Below are positions 11,538-24,391 of a stretch of DNA of 64,000 nt, one piece after another. The translations under genes and the position numbers were made by a program. How positions within the stretch are numbered: the stretch's first letter is position 1; every line of letters begins with the position of its first letter. Source of the DNA: Epithemia pelagica (lineage: Eukaryota; Protista; Bacillariophyta). Below the pieces are notes generated by a model. The model was not told the origin of the DNA. It worked only from the letters and a program-made list of their open reading frames with translations, and searched no databases. The stretch covers positions 5,890,001 to 5,954,000 of the forward strand of contig OX337228.1 of assembly GCA_946965045.2 (NCBI GenBank), read 5' to 3'.

Positions 11538-12872
11538 CTAGGCTTGTCCATTACGAAGCACCTGCGACAGAGCAAACCTCGAAGCGCACTCGGAGATCCA
11601 TAACAGGTTCGAGGAGATGCAATGAATGGCTTGTGACCAACTCGAGTCATCGTTCGCATCTAGTTCCAGCAAATTTATACCTCCGATTGACGTAGAAGTC
11701 GCCTGAAACGGGGGAGGGTCAATATTTAAGAACTCGGCCTCCCCAGCTCTGATCGGTTCCGCCAAAACCTGCAATGCATGCTGGACAACACAATGCACCA
11801 AATCATTCCACGCAAGCAATGTTTCTGGGCCATTTGCTTTCGGGTGACCTAGATTGTAAACGACAAAATCTTTTCCCCTCGTAGATGTCCCTGTTGCTTT
11901 ACGAATGAGCTTTGCTCCAGTCGAGAGTGGGACAACCTTCCAGTGCTGCGACTGATAATGCAGAAGAGTACCACAAACCAATAACAGTTGCGCAGCTGAC
12001 GACCAGGCGGCCTGAATTTCGTTCACGTCTAAATCACCTTTCGGTCGGTAGGCAAGTCTGAGTTGGTTGATTAACGGGTACCTGAGTCCCCGTTCTTTGT
12101 CAACTTTGAGATCAACCAGCTTTGTTGTAAGTCGAAGATGAATAGAACTAAGCTTCTCGAGTTCAATGAGAGACTCTGATAGCTGCTTCCATGCTTGCTC
12201 TTCTGCATTGTCGAAGCCACGAGCTTCAATCTCCAAGAAATTCTGATGCTCTTCCACGTTCCATTCAATATCATCTAGTTCCTGCGACAATTTCACTTGA
12301 ACATCGTGTAGTCTCACTAATTCCGTGTTCTCGTTTCTCTGAAGCTGACAGGTTTCCTTCATGGCTTCGATTTCGCGTTTGTAGAGCTGCAACAGTGTTT
12401 TGCTGTTGAAGTCATCTTCCGCTCGACCTCCATCCCTGCCTGCTGGCCATACGGTTTTCATTGCTCTAATCAGTTTTTCTTGTCTTCTTTGTTCATTTTT
12501 CACTGTGTCCTCGTACAACTGGCATTCGTGTTCAAGTCTATCTGTGTCAAATTCCAGCGCTTTTCTTACACTGAAGAGTGAAAAGTGAGAGACTGGGGCA
12601 GTCCTTTTGACAGGTCAGTGTTTGACATCTTACCGTTCTACACAGTCCAGGCAAACACTCTGGTCAGGCAACGTTTGATTTGCAATACTTTGAAGCATGA
12701 GGAGATGATTACGTGAATCACCACAAGCGGAACGAGACGGAGTTGATGTAACTGTATCCAAGTCGGTATGCAAGTGCACAAATGATGCGTCGATCTTCTG
12801 AACGAGATCATTGGGGAGTGTTCCCCATCCTCTCTCCTTTTTGGAGCAATTGTATCCGCAGGTACAACTCAT
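11538..12872 (-). CDS. ATG6: Beclin-1/ATG6/VPS30 homolog
   Basis: Exons 12872-12634 and 12570-11538 (63-nt intron). CLDC motif, coiled coil, RYPLINQLRLAY, EIQAAWSSAAQLLL and WSQAIHCISSNLLW. Confidence 0.82.
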
Positions 12873-13053
12873 GGTCTGAGCCTGATTCAATGAATATGCG
12901 GAATTTTTCTAGTTTCTAGCAAAATCTAAAAGTAAAAAAGAAATAAAAAAGAAAATGTCGGGTGGAAGACAGAAGTTGAAGACAGAATCATTTTTTTACC
13001 TCACCTGTTCTCACTTTTTTAAATCACATCTCATTCCACGATCGCCATTCGCA

Positions 13054-14457
13054 ATGCCAACTCTGGCGGCTATAGGTGTTCACCCTGATGTTTGTGGTCG
13101 TCTCATGGTGGCCTCAAATGGCCTAGGTGCTTCAACCCCATCCTCACGCTTGAAAACAACAACGGACACGGACTATGACGAGCATACAGCTAGCAATGAC
13201 ACGGCATCAAAACTGGATGAAAAAAATCCAGGAGTTGCTCCTGGTTCTGTTCGTATTCCGAGCAAGGCTCCCGGTCCTCGTCGAATACATCGGACGGCGA
13301 CTCCCATCAGCGTGCTTAAATGCCCACTTGATAAGTTGTGGATGTTGGACGACAGACAGCAACCATTGTCGATACCACTGACAAAGGCAGCGCGATTGCG
13401 CAAAGATATCGCACATGCCATGATTGGTTATTACAGTTCTCATGGTCCAGAATCCACAGTGGAGACACCTCATGGTAAATCTCTGGAGAAAAATGAAACC
13501 CAAGGTCTTGAACCCGATGCTCGGCATCTCAAACGCATGAAGTATTCTGTGAGACTAAAGTCCATGCGAGAAAGAATACACGAGGCACAAGACACCTTGC
13601 AGGTTACTTTCACAAGATTGTCGACAGGTTGTCCAAGGCTCGACGAAATCTTAGTACCGCCTTGCCGCGATCCAGTCCATCATCCGAATAGGTCAATCAC
13701 CGATCCTTCGCATCTGGAAACACCAGATGATTTTGAAGCAGGCAGGGTTGAGGGAGGAATTCCACTTGGTTCTTTCACACACGTGACAGGAGCTCCAGGG
13801 TCCGGCAAAACACAGTTTATTTGCCATTTGTGCAAACACCGAATTGCCGACGATCAGAGAGCGTGTGTCTGGCTTGTGTCTTCGAGTCCGGTGATTCTGC
13901 AATCATCTCGAATAGCGCAAATGGTGGAGGCGATGAATATACCTATTGAGACAAAACGCGACATAATCAAGCGAATCAACATGAAGACTTTTTGTAATGA
14001 ATGGGAACTTTTGTCAATCCTGGCAGAAATCGAAACCAACCTTCGGCAACCAATGCCATCTTCTTCCATTCTTTTGGTTATCGATGCTCTTGGCCCGTAT
14101 GACTTGGACAGTTCCTTGGCCACGCGTATCATTGGCAGACTTCGCTATCTTGCCCAACGTTACAACGTTGGAGTAATAATTGTTGAGTCTTCAACCGTTG
14201 ATACAGTGAGAACATCGTCGTTTCGTCCTCGACAGCGAAATAACGGACGCGGGCGAATGTACTCTGGAGATATTCATCTTCGGCTTTCCAGAGTCCGTTC
14301 TCACGAAGCGACGAGGTCAGCAGACAGAATATCTTTTGTAGTGGAAGTAGAATGCGAACATTCGACGCCCTTGAACTATTTCGTCTCCGAACAAGCCTTG
14401 AAGGCATTTCCGAAACAACGCTGTGAATTGAATGTGTTACCAAAGGGAATAGCATAA
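13054..14457 (+). CDS. Divergent RAD51 paralog (RAD51D/XRCC-like RecA-fold ATPase)
   Basis: LSTGCPRLDEIL, Walker A VTGAPGSGKTQ and Walker B LLVIDAL. Subfamily assignment is uncertain. Confidence 0.75.
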   Translation: MPTLAAIGVHPDVCGRLMVASNGLGASTPSSRLKTTTDTDYDEHTASNDTASKLDEKNPGVAPGSVRIPSKAPGPRRIHRTATPISVLKCPLDKLWMLDDRQQPLSIPLTKAARLRKDIAHAMIGYYSSHGPESTVETPHGKSLEKNETQGLEPDARHLKRMKYSVRLKSMRERIHEAQDTLQVTFTRLSTGCPRLDEILVPPCRDPVHHPNRSITDPSHLETPDDFEAGRVEGGIPLGSFTHVTGAPGSGKTQFICHLCKHRIADDQRACVWLVSSSPVILQSSRIAQMVEAMNIPIETKRDIIKRINMKTFCNEWELLSILAEIETNLRQPMPSSSILLVIDALGPYDLDSSLATRIIGRLRYLAQRYNVGVIIVESSTVDTVRTSSFRPRQRNNGRGRMYSGDIHLRLSRVRSHEATRSADRISFVVEVECEHSTPLNYFVSEQALKAFPKQRCELNVLPKGIA

Positions 14458-14575
14458 GGTACATACTGTGATCGAACACCTAGTTCGTCATGTTTCCATT
14501 CGCGAGGGAAGTGAATCAATCTATTTATTTACCAATAAAGTATGCATTACAAGCAGCAAACTACAAAATCTGTAA

Positions 14576-16564
14576 TTAGCCTGACAGCAAGTTAATCACT
14601 AGCATGCCTTGATTCAAGCAATGAATCATACTATCATCGCTTTCGTCCTCCGAAAACAAATGCGATTCAAAGTAGTTTCCAGTCTTGGTTGCCACGATAA
14701 TAAATCGTTCGTTACAAGTCATGTTCAAGCTATCATGCGGTTCCAATCCACCGAGAGCAGGGTGCCGTATCTTCCTTGCGAATCTCAGAGCAGGGGTTGA
14801 ATCCAAGTTTAAAACACCAACCGATGATGCGACACCTCGGGAGTCGCTGGGACCTGATGCAAAGTTCTCCAAGTCCTCGTTACAGTAAAGGATCTGGTAC
14901 ACCAGAAGCAAAAACCCGACGTGATCTCTTCCCAAAACAATTATTTTCCGTCCATCAAAGTGAACTTTCGGAAAATGCCTCGACGAAAGCGGCAAATCAA
15001 CCAGAGCTCTCACTTTCCATTCATTGTCGACAAGTTTCCACAGGAACAAAGTGGTACCATGCATTGATGAATGCATCATTGTTACAAAGCCGGCAGAATC
15101 AATTGGAAGATGACGTGAAAGATAAATTTCTTCCACAGCCGATGACTGCTGGTTTGTCCAATGTTCATCTGGTATTCCGAATGATTCACCTTCATCCGTT
15201 CTATTGTTGATCGAAGAACCCTTGGAACAGGGCACCTTGTGGACGAGAACTGGAGAAGAAAGATTCCGAACGTTCCAGATTTGAATGTCTCCTCGAGTGG
15301 TGCCTAGCACGAGCCAATTGCCGCACGATGAGACTTGCAAAGATGTGAGAGAATCGCTGCACTGCAAAGTAGTGATTGGACCAGGAAAGAATTTGAAATT
15401 GCTAGTTTCGCAATTGGGCGGCAGCTGAGACTTGAGAATCATTGGGTAGACCAGAATTCTGTCTTGACCAGCCATTGCATGCAAGCCTGAATCCGTAGCC
15501 CATCGATTGATGTATGCACAACGTTTTACAGCGCACACTTCAATCTTCCGAAATCCGTCACGAATCCGACAGATATGTTGGTCAGTAAAGCCCGTGTTGT
15601 CATTGGGTCGAAACCATGCGAGGAGTTCTGTTACAGTATTCCAAACTCGATGCTCGCCAAAGTTGTTTTCCAAACGGTGGATGCCTTGGTGATTATTGGC
15701 TTCCGCATGAAAATCCTCCTCCCGAGATATGACTCGTCCGACAGCCGCCATTGTGCCGGCACTTTTTATTCGTTGAAGCTTATCTCTTACCAAGATAGGT
15801 TTGGCCTCAATACCAATGTAGGAAACGTGGAACTCTTGGTCTTCATCACTCCGAGCTGCGCGTGGAATACGCATGTCATGATGAGGAAAGTACTGATGAA
15901 TATCGACCTCAAAATAATCGACTGTATCAAACAATACTTGTTTGGGTGAGCATGGTTTCCACTCAAGTATATCGTCCGACTTGCTGGGAGAAATTTCAGA
16001 GGTTATCTTGTGATTAAGGACATTGTCCCAAACGGAAAGTCTTGTGGAGAATGGATTTAGATATAGAAGTTCACCCGAAGATCCAGAAGAACATAGCCAG
16101 AAGGAATCGCAATCAAAGGACACCGGAGGGGGATCATCATCAAATGCCAAATCCCAGTCGTCGGGCAATACTGGCACAAAACTGAAACAATCTTGTCGCA
16201 AGAGTTTTGCGCTGTCAGTTCTGCTTCGACTTGGAGGTGGACAGATTGAGTGATCAAGCTTTCGTCGGAGTTCACAGTCCTTTGCGTTGGCAGTGGATGT
16301 CGAATCTTCTGGTGAAAACCCATGGCGTCGAAACATTCGATCTTGAACGTGTGATTCCGCTAAGACCACCTCACATCGTTTACGCCACAGATGTGAAAGA
16401 TCCTTGGCGAACTGGGAAAAACTTTTGAAATCCAAGAACTCCAGAATCAATGCCAAAGAATCATTGTCCAAGTCGTGCAGTCGTGTACTCTTTGCCATTG
16501 TTCCACGCTGAATCGAAAAACAATGTCGCGGCCCTTTCGACTTGGATCCAGGTCCATCAAACAT
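14576..16564 (-). CDS. F-box-like protein with a degenerate WD40/propeller C-terminus
   Basis: LHDLDNDSLALILEFLDFKS (F-box-like) and SLTSLQVSSCGNWLVLGTTRGDIQIWNV (WD40-like). Start is ATG 16564 or 16498. Confidence 0.6.
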   Translation of the reverse strand: MFDGPGSKSKGPRHCFSIQRGTMAKSTRLHDLDNDSLALILEFLDFKSFSQFAKDLSHLWRKRCEVVLAESHVQDRMFRRHGFSPEDSTSTANAKDCELRRKLDHSICPPPSRSRTDSAKLLRQDCFSFVPVLPDDWDLAFDDDPPPVSFDCDSFWLCSSGSSGELLYLNPFSTRLSVWDNVLNHKITSEISPSKSDDILEWKPCSPKQVLFDTVDYFEVDIHQYFPHHDMRIPRAARSDEDQEFHVSYIGIEAKPILVRDKLQRIKSAGTMAAVGRVISREEDFHAEANNHQGIHRLENNFGEHRVWNTVTELLAWFRPNDNTGFTDQHICRIRDGFRKIEVCAVKRCAYINRWATDSGLHAMAGQDRILVYPMILKSQLPPNCETSNFKFFPGPITTLQCSDSLTSLQVSSCGNWLVLGTTRGDIQIWNVRNLSSPVLVHKVPCSKGSSINNRTDEGESFGIPDEHWTNQQSSAVEEIYLSRHLPIDSAGFVTMMHSSMHGTTLFLWKLVDNEWKVRALVDLPLSSRHFPKVHFDGRKIIVLGRDHVGFLLLVYQILYCNEDLENFASGPSDSRGVASSVGVLNLDSTPALRFARKIRHPALGGLEPHDSLNMTCNERFIIVATKTGNYFESHLFSEDESDDSMIHCLNQGMLVINLLSG

Positions 16565-16945
16565 GCCCAAACAACTCGCACTTATGAATTCGTTTCTTTC
16601 TTTTGTCTCTTGGCCTCCGAAGGATACGACCCAATATCGTGTATTGTGTATTGTTGAAATATGACACCCAGCAAGCTAACGTTGCAGGAGCGAACATAGA
16701 CGTCCGCGTCCGCAGTCTCGCAGACGTGGTTGGATGTGGATTCTATTGGCTCCATCAGCCACCTCCATGTTAAATAATCTACCCAGCGTCCGATTCGAGG
16801 CACTGCTAGTTTTGTCATTAAAGCGACCTTTCCGCGAATCAATGATCCTGATCCTGTTCAAATGTGTCGGTTGGAGATCGGCACAGATGTAATAGGTAGT
16901 TGCCTGACCCTTAACCGCAAAAGAGAGCTCTGTCTTGTCTTTACC

Positions 16946-19560
16946 ATGGCATCTAACGGTAATGTTCCGGCATTTGCCGTTCCGCATGCAAGCACACAGC
17001 CGTCGGTAGACAACACGGTGACTGCAACGCAGCCGGGTTTACAACCGTATAATGCGGGTGGAACCAATGTTCCAATGAGTGCTCATCAGCAAGCGCAACC
17101 ACAACAACAACCACAAGGAACCCAACACTACAGCCATGCAGGAGTTGCTCCGAATGCCGTTCAGCAGCAAGGACAAGGTATGCCTCAGATGTCTAGCGCC
17201 TCTGGGGCTGATCAAACCTCTGTGGCGACTCCTCAAAAGGCGGCTGACCAGCCTGAACGCAAACTTGCGCAATACAAGGACCCGAAAGAAGATCAAATGC
17301 TGACTACGACAATTCCTGATGCAGAAACCGAAGAAGGACTGATTCGAAACAAGCAGGCCGTTGAAAAAATCCGCGACACTTGGCTTTATAAACAAGTTAA
17401 AAGTCGCCAGGATGAATTTACGAATTATCAACAAGCTACCTTGTTCGTGGGAACTTGGAACGTGAACGCCAAAGGAAAATCAGAAGACGATTTGACCCGT
17501 TGGTTGTGTGTAGATTGGGCTCAAAGTGGATTACCAGATATCGTATGCGTTGGTTTTCAGGAAATTGTCGATTTGAATGCGGTCAACGTAGCTGTCGATA
17601 ACAAGACACAGCAAAAGACCCAATTCTGGAGCGAGAAGATTAATCGTACCCTCAATGATGCCGTTGGGCAACGCGATGCTGCGCGCAATGGATACAACTT
17701 GGTCATGCAACGATCGATGGTTGGTTTGCTGGTCTGCGTTTATATCAAGAGAGTCCACCTGCCACGAACGAAATACGTGTCAGCTGCCTCGGTGGGAGTA
17801 GGTGTCATGGGTATGATGGGAAACAAGGGTGGAGTCTCCGTCCGTTTACAGTTCTACGATTCTACAATCTGTTTCGTTTGTACCCACTTGGCCGCCCACC
17901 GGGAGAATGTCAAGGGAAGAAACCAAGACTTCGAGAATGTTTACGCAAAGACGGCCTTTGAAGTTGGAGAAGAAGCCATTCGGGAAGTCATTCGTTCCGG
18001 CTCTCTCTCACACTGGGCAATTGGATCATCAGCAACAACTGTGCCAGATCATGACATTGTTGTTTGGCTTGGTGATCTGAATTATCGAGTCGATGAATCA
18101 ATGCAGACCGAAACTGTTCTGAAATTGTCGGAAAGTGGTCAGCTTAACGCACTTGTGTCACTTGATCAGTTGAACATCGAACGTGCGGCAGGTCGAGTGT
18201 TTCGCGAATTTCAGGAAGCGCAACTAACTTTCCGCCCTACTTACAAATACCAACCGGGTACGGATATGTACGAACAACGTCCGGACAAGAAATTGCGTGC
18301 ACCAGCGTGGTGTGACCGAATTTTATGGAGGACGCAACAGCCTTCTCATGTCCGTTTGCTCTCCTATAACCGAAGTGAAGTTCCGAATGTATCGGACCAC
18401 AAGCCTGTCTACTCGACGATGCGGCTAGTCATCAAAGACGTCATAGCCCCGAAACGTGAAGCGATTTACAACGAGCTTATGAGAAAGTTGGATCGTTTCG
18501 ACAATACTGCCCTCCCCATTGTTGCACTGGACAGAGACACCTTGGACTTTGGGGAAGTCAGATACGGCGAAACCACTTCTCTCAAGATTAAAATAACTAA
18601 CACTGGAAATGTTGTCGCCCAGTTCCGACTTGCTGCCAAGCTTGACGAGGTAAGTCTTTGTGAGGACATCCTATTCTTTCATGTGTATGTATTCGCTGAT
18701 CATATCGTTTCTTGTTACAGCCTACCATCTGCAAGCCATGGATGTCGATATCACCAACATATGGCATGCTTATACCGGGAGAAGAGCCCTCAACACTCGA
18801 ATTTAAAGTTACTATCGACAATGTCACGGCCCAGAACTTGAACTCTGGTCGTGAAGTGCTGGAGGATATACTTATTCTTCGTCTTGAAGGTGGACGCGAC
18901 TACTATATCACTGTGAAAGCGTCCTACGCGAGATCTTGCTTTGGAATGTCTTTGGAAGAGCTTGTGATGTACACGAAGCCGATACGCAGCATACCCTTGG
19001 ATCCGATCAAGCGAACCGAAACTTTGGAAAGCGAAAACAAAGCAGCGACAACGGCCCTGTGTGTTCCAAAAGAGCTCTGGAGAATTGTCGACGCTATTAT
19101 TCACAAAGGATTGGACACGCCTGGTATATTTGTCGAAGCTGGTATAGCTGAAGAGGTGTCAAAGATTCGGGAAGATCTGGACACTGAAGCTCGGTTCGGC
19201 ACATACAATATACACTCTTACGCAGAGACATTGGTTTCGTTTTTGAGTGGTCTCTCTACGCCAGTCGTCTTACCGGCCTTGTTTCCAACCGTTGAAATTG
19301 ACACTCAGAATATTCAATCCTATGCGAGACGATTGCTGGATGAATTACCGCCAATCCACTACAATGTGTTCGTGTACATTATATCACTATTTCGTCGTGC
19401 TCTGTCGCATCGACGGAAGAATCAACTTACGGCTGCGAAAGCTGCTCGCGTCTGCTGCAGTTGCATGGCACCTACCCTGGACTTATCAAATAGCGATATC
19501 ACCAAGACTACTGGGATTCAGCTTTTGATTATCCATTTGCTTGAAACAAGCTCCATATGA
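16946..19560 (+). CDS. OCRL: OCRL/INPP5B-like inositol polyphosphate 5-phosphatase (5-phosphatase + ASH + RhoGAP-like)
   Basis: Exons 16946-18649 and 18721-19560. GTWNVN, VGFQEIV, GNKGGV, HLAAH, WLGDLNYR, PTYKY, PAWCDRIL and SDHKPV; C-terminal VPKELWRIVD RhoGAP-like domain. Confidence 0.93.
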
Positions 19561-20024
19561 GACCGATATTGGCATGGTTTGTAACCGACTGCTAAGCCGT
19601 ACAGGTTACAAGGAGAACAACACATCTAGAACTTTTGGTTCTTGGGTAACGGAATGACACAAGGCATACGGCATGTACCTTTCATCCAAGGAATAAATAA
19701 ATACTCCTAGTGGTAGGTGGTTGAGTAACGGAGTACTCCTGAATGAGTAGAGCAAGAGCCTACGGTATTGTATTAGGAGTAGGTAGACTACTCCTTCCCT
19801 TCTTCTTCTTACTCCTAGTTCGGGGTAGTGTCCATAGAGAGGGCTGACTGCGCCGAAAGTGAAGGTTAGCCGGCGTGTAATGGGCAAAGAAAGAGGTACG
19901 CGAGCATGCCGACCAACCGAAGTTGAACCGGGCTCCATTTCCGTTCCATTTCCACATCTGTTCCATCCCAGCTTTGTCCATTCATTGGTCTGAGCGTGCG
20001 CTAGCAGAACCATCGCCATTGAAT

Positions 20025-20999
20025 ATGCCCACCAAGAACGATGAAAGAAAGAAACGGAAGAGCCCTCTGGTGACCGAACCTTGTCTCAGGACTGAACGGA
20101 CGTTGACTAAGAAACAACGTCAGACAAGCATCTCCAGGTTCTTCGATTCCGTCGCACAAAGTGTATCACGTCCAACTCCAACATTAGGAGGTGGGCGAAC
20201 GACGACAAAAGAAAAACCGAAAGCAAGTGGGAGCACCAAACGGGCGCAACTGTATCTTGACTTTGGACAGAAAAACTTTGCTGAAAGCAAAATTTGTTCC
20301 ATTTGTGGCATGCTGTTTGTTCACGGTGTTGCAGAAGATTTCTCGACACACCAAAAAGTCTGCCGTAAATACACTCAAGGCATTAATTTTAGAAATGCGA
20401 AAGCCGCACGGGTATGTATCCCCTCAGATGGAAAAAGAAAAAGTGAAAACGTGATTGTGGAGGTGAGTAAACTATGAACTAGTGGCATGTTTTGACCGGA
20501 CCTCGTCAAATCTGACATTCTGGACTAGGTACGCCCGACAGATAAGGTTTCTATAAGAATCAAGGCTGATGAAACACGAGCAATCGCTCAAGAGGAGTTG
20601 GGAATGGTTCAAAATTTTGGGGACAACAAGAAGTTGCGAACAACATTTCTCCTAGTGAAGAACAAGCACGTTATAGGCATGCTTGACGTTGAACCAATTC
20701 AGAAGGCTAACCAGCTCATCATATCCACGCATGAATTGTGTTGCTCGTCAGTCCCCGCTACAATGGGTGTGTATCTTCTGTGGGTTCATAAAAGATTTCG
20801 TGGTCAGAACGTTGCGTCGGATCTCCTAGACGCAGCTCGAGAAAAGTTCTCTTATGCCATTCCTTGCCTACCGGTGAAGGAAATCGCATTTTCAAGTCCA
20901 ACTGAAGCTGGAATTGCATTTGCAAGCAAATACATACGCAGGGTACATGGAACGGAGGGTATTCGTCATATTCTAGTTTACGAATGTCCGACGTCATAG
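20025..20999 (+). CDS. ECO1: Cohesin acetyltransferase ECO1/ESCO
   Basis: Exons 20025-20462 and 20529-20999. PIP-box QTSISRFF, QLYLDFGQK, CSICGMLF...HQKVC zinc finger, GVYLLWVHKRFRGQNVAS and AFSSPTEAG. Confidence 0.92.
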
Positions 21000-21671
21000 C
21001 ATAACGATCCTTTTCATAGATAAATTATGATGCTCAGGCTTAGGCTTGTTCCAACGTCCAAATATTTTCAGTAGAATAGCAACATGTTGGGGCAAATCTA
21101 CTCTCTAGAGTTGAGTAGGCTCAGGCTATGCTGAAATGTGATCGATGAACAAAAAATACTCCTACTCCTCTCTACTAGCTAGGAGAAGCAAGACGACGAA
21201 AATCGTACTAATATAGGAGTATTCATTAGAGTACGGGATAGTCACAGGTTTTACTGGATGTGGGATTCCACTTTGCAGAAGTCGAACATGTCACATGAAT
21301 GTCAGCAGCTCAGAAGCCGAAACGCGTAGAAGAAATCGATTTGTCCTGCATCCCAAATTCTTGAAAGAGTCATGTCGGGAGAATGTCGTCTCAGCTTCAC
21401 TTCTGGATCCGGTGATCGGTCATCTCCTCGACATGTTCGCCAGTCTTCGCTTTTTGAGCCCCGTGTTCTGCTGTCTGCTTTGCTTCTTCTTTGGAAATCA
21501 GAAATCAGACTTTTCCTTGTGTCGATGATGATGTAAGGAATCCGTTCGGAATCCATAATTATTGATTCTGTAGGTTGTAGGTGAGGATACTGAAGAGGAT
21601 AGAGGGTAGAATATAATCTAGAACATGGGACTGAGACGGTGATCGGTGAGAACCTTGTAAGGTTAGGAGAA

Positions 21672-22108
21672 CCTAGTGCCTCGTCTCGGGTTGTGCCCAT
21701 TGGCCTAGAAACACCCTTTGGGCACATAGTTTCAACTAGATAGAACATGATCAATATTAGGCCTACGGCAACGTGTGGATGCTCAAAGTTCTTCTCAAAG
21801 ACATCCTCTATCAACATTTGATACCCCATTGCACCCATATATGACATATCTAGGTCATATGAGCGCCTAGCCAAAAACCGAGCACAACCCCCCAAAGGAG
21901 GTGCTATGGAGGCACTCATATGACCTAGATATGTCATATATGGGTGCAATGGGGTATCAAATGTTGATAGAGGATGTCTTGGAGAAGAACTTTGAACATC
22001 CACACATTGCCGTAGGCCTAATATTGATCATGTTCTATCTAGTTGAAACTATGTGCCCAAAGGGTGTTTCTAGGCCGAAATGGGCACCACCCTAAACGAG
22101 GCACTAGG
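21672..22108. mobile_element. Foldback/MITE-like element with ~197-bp inverted arms and a 41-nt loop
   Basis: Arm 21672-21868 is the reverse complement of 21910-22108, with 7 substitutions and one 2-nt indel by manual alignment. Both ends sit in CCTAG/CTAGG, compatible with a TA or CTAG TSD. Confidence 0.85.
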
Positions 22109-22141
22109 AGTACCTAGTAGAGGTAGCTATCATATCAGATA

Positions 22142-23977
22142 CTCCCTCTGGACCGTAATTATTATTTAGCGCGCGACCAACAAGTAAAATTAGTCGCCTT
22201 AATACATCACGTAGACCCTGGTACAAACCTACGGGGAACTGGCCGGCTCATTCGGAGTCGAATTTTAGAGATGAACATTCCACGACACACGTACCTTCAA
22301 ATAAGTAGAAAAACTATTTAACGTCAAATATAGCAACTAAGGACTGATAGATAAGCTTTTTTCCGCGCCTGCATGCTTTAGGCCAAATATCTGGTGAGTT
22401 GATTAAGCACTGAAGCACGACTGAGCATGGCACGCGCCAACAGATTACTTATGGAGGTTCTGCTAGCACCAAATTTTTTGGCGACTTGTGCAATGGCACC
22501 ATGGGAAAGTCTGCCATTTTTAGCCAGCGCACTATGGCACGTCCACGGTCTTGTGGATGCATATCCCTCCTCTATGGACCCCTCTGGGCCTCCCCTAAAT
22601 GGGCCGGGTCTTGAGAGGGGTCAGGGGGCATGAACCGGTACGGCAAAGTTAGACATTATTTATTTTTGCTATTGTACGCCTTAGTTCCCTCTCATGGCCC
22701 CAAAAATGAGAGATGGAACATATAAATTGTACATGAAAATGTAGATCTTGGAAAGACCGACCGATCCCTCCGACTAGATGTCCGCTTCTTAGCTCGTCTG
22801 TTCGGGCAAGACAAACCCAATCTCACAGACAAAAAATGAATGGAAATTTCACATCCATCGGTGGAAAGGCTGGCGTGCTGTGACAGTTGGAGGATGGCAG
22901 GCGTTCTGCTCAACAAGACTCAAAATAGTGTTCTCGGTTCTCGGTGCGTCCACAGGCCACAAAATCAATGCAGGCAACAAAACGAGGCAATGACCAAACC
23001 AGCACCAAAAACGGCATGCTTCGTCCCTGGGCAGCTCATCTCATCTTTGTCACTGCACATCCAGCATGGTAAGTTCTGGAATGACTAATAGTTGCATTGG
23101 AATGGAATGTTTAGTTTTAGGCTCTCACTACGTTGCCATAGTGTGTCATTTGTTTGTACCTAATAACATCCATTTTGGCCGATGCTGCTGGCATCATTTG
23201 TAGGATTCTTATAGGACAAAATAGAGCTATAGACCTCAATTAGGAGTAGATAGGATAAGTGGAGGAAGCCATCCATTTTTCCTCTGTCGTCTTTAGTCGA
23301 TTGTGATGTTGACCTGCTCCTCTTATTCTTTTTTTATTGCCATGAGCATGACATGTCTTTCCCAGCAGTGCAGGGGACTCAACACTCAACATACTCCATA
23401 ACGGAACTCGAAAGAAACGTATTCTAAAATAGGACTGCAGTAAGTCAAGTGGTTGCAAAGAGACAAGCCTACGGCAACGGCACGGTGTTGTGGAGGAGGC
23501 TTCACTTTTAAACGGACACTAACACTAGAAACAACCACACTTCTCCTAGAAAAAACAAAGAAAGGATGGCGGTAGATCAAAACACTATCTATGGTCTATA
23601 TGTCAAATGTCCATGGTGTGCAGATGATGGAGAATGCATTGTGATGGTGCATGTCCATTGTCCATGTCAAAAGGTGCGTGGTGAAAATAATGTGGGACAA
23701 TCAAGAATGGGGAAGACCAACGGTCAAAGTGCGCACGCCTGCTCACAAAATTTTGAAAGGGTGATCCAGAAGGCCGGCGTGGTCTTTTACATTTTGACCA
23801 GAAATTTTCTTCTAAAACGCAAAAAAAACTAAAATAAAAATGGTTGGTCGCGGAGAGCGGCTGGGGGGCTAAGAAGCGGACACCTAGTCGGAGGGAATTT
23901 TTAGTACAAACGGAGATATGCCCATGAAGTTACAGTATTTTTTTGCAATTCGCTACACAATTTCGGTCCAGAGGGAG
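22142..23977. mobile_element. Non-autonomous Tc1/mariner-type (Stowaway-like) element, 1,836 bp
   Basis: TA|CTCCCTCTGGACCGtAATT ... AATTtCGGTCCAGAGGGAG|TA: 14-bp perfect TIR (18 of 19) with TA on both sides. Subterminal 10-bp IR at 22172-22181 and 23843-23852. No transposase ORF inside. Confidence 0.82.
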
Positions 23978-24391
23978 TATCAGAGATCAGATAGGAGTAG
24001 CTATAATTGTAGGAGTAGCTCTAGCTAGCTAGGTAGTACAGATTAGAGATCTATTGAGCCTTACTACTTGTTAGGCCTTGGTCTGTCCGACACATCATGA
24101 TGCTCGATCTACAAGAAAGATAGAGATGTGTATTTTCTACTCCTTATAACATTTCGACAGCAAGATTCCATAATACCGTTTTAAAAGTGATTTTGTCTCG
24201 TACGATCGGTTGTAATCGATATGTTTACTCCTCATCCTACAGAATGTGTCACCACGAACCACGAATTCGAAAGCGAATAGTTCCAGGATGTCTCGCTCCA
24301 GGCTTCGAATTTTGACTGTGCCCATAAATAATGGCTTATGCACGTATTTCTCAAAATGCCCTTGAGGAATTTTGATTGGTTGATTCTTCTA

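Noticed and set aside
1287-12872. ATG10 and ATG6 within about 10 kb as an autophagy cluster
   Set aside because: They are separated by six unrelated genes, with no evidence of linkage.
21302-22095. ORFs 21302-22003(-) and 21901-22095(+) with matching peptides
   Set aside because: They are mirror translations of the foldback arms, not paralogous genes.
23467-23479. 13-mer GCCTACGGCAACG shared with the foldback arm at about 21761
   Set aside because: Matches of this length are expected by chance in 64 kb and do not extend.
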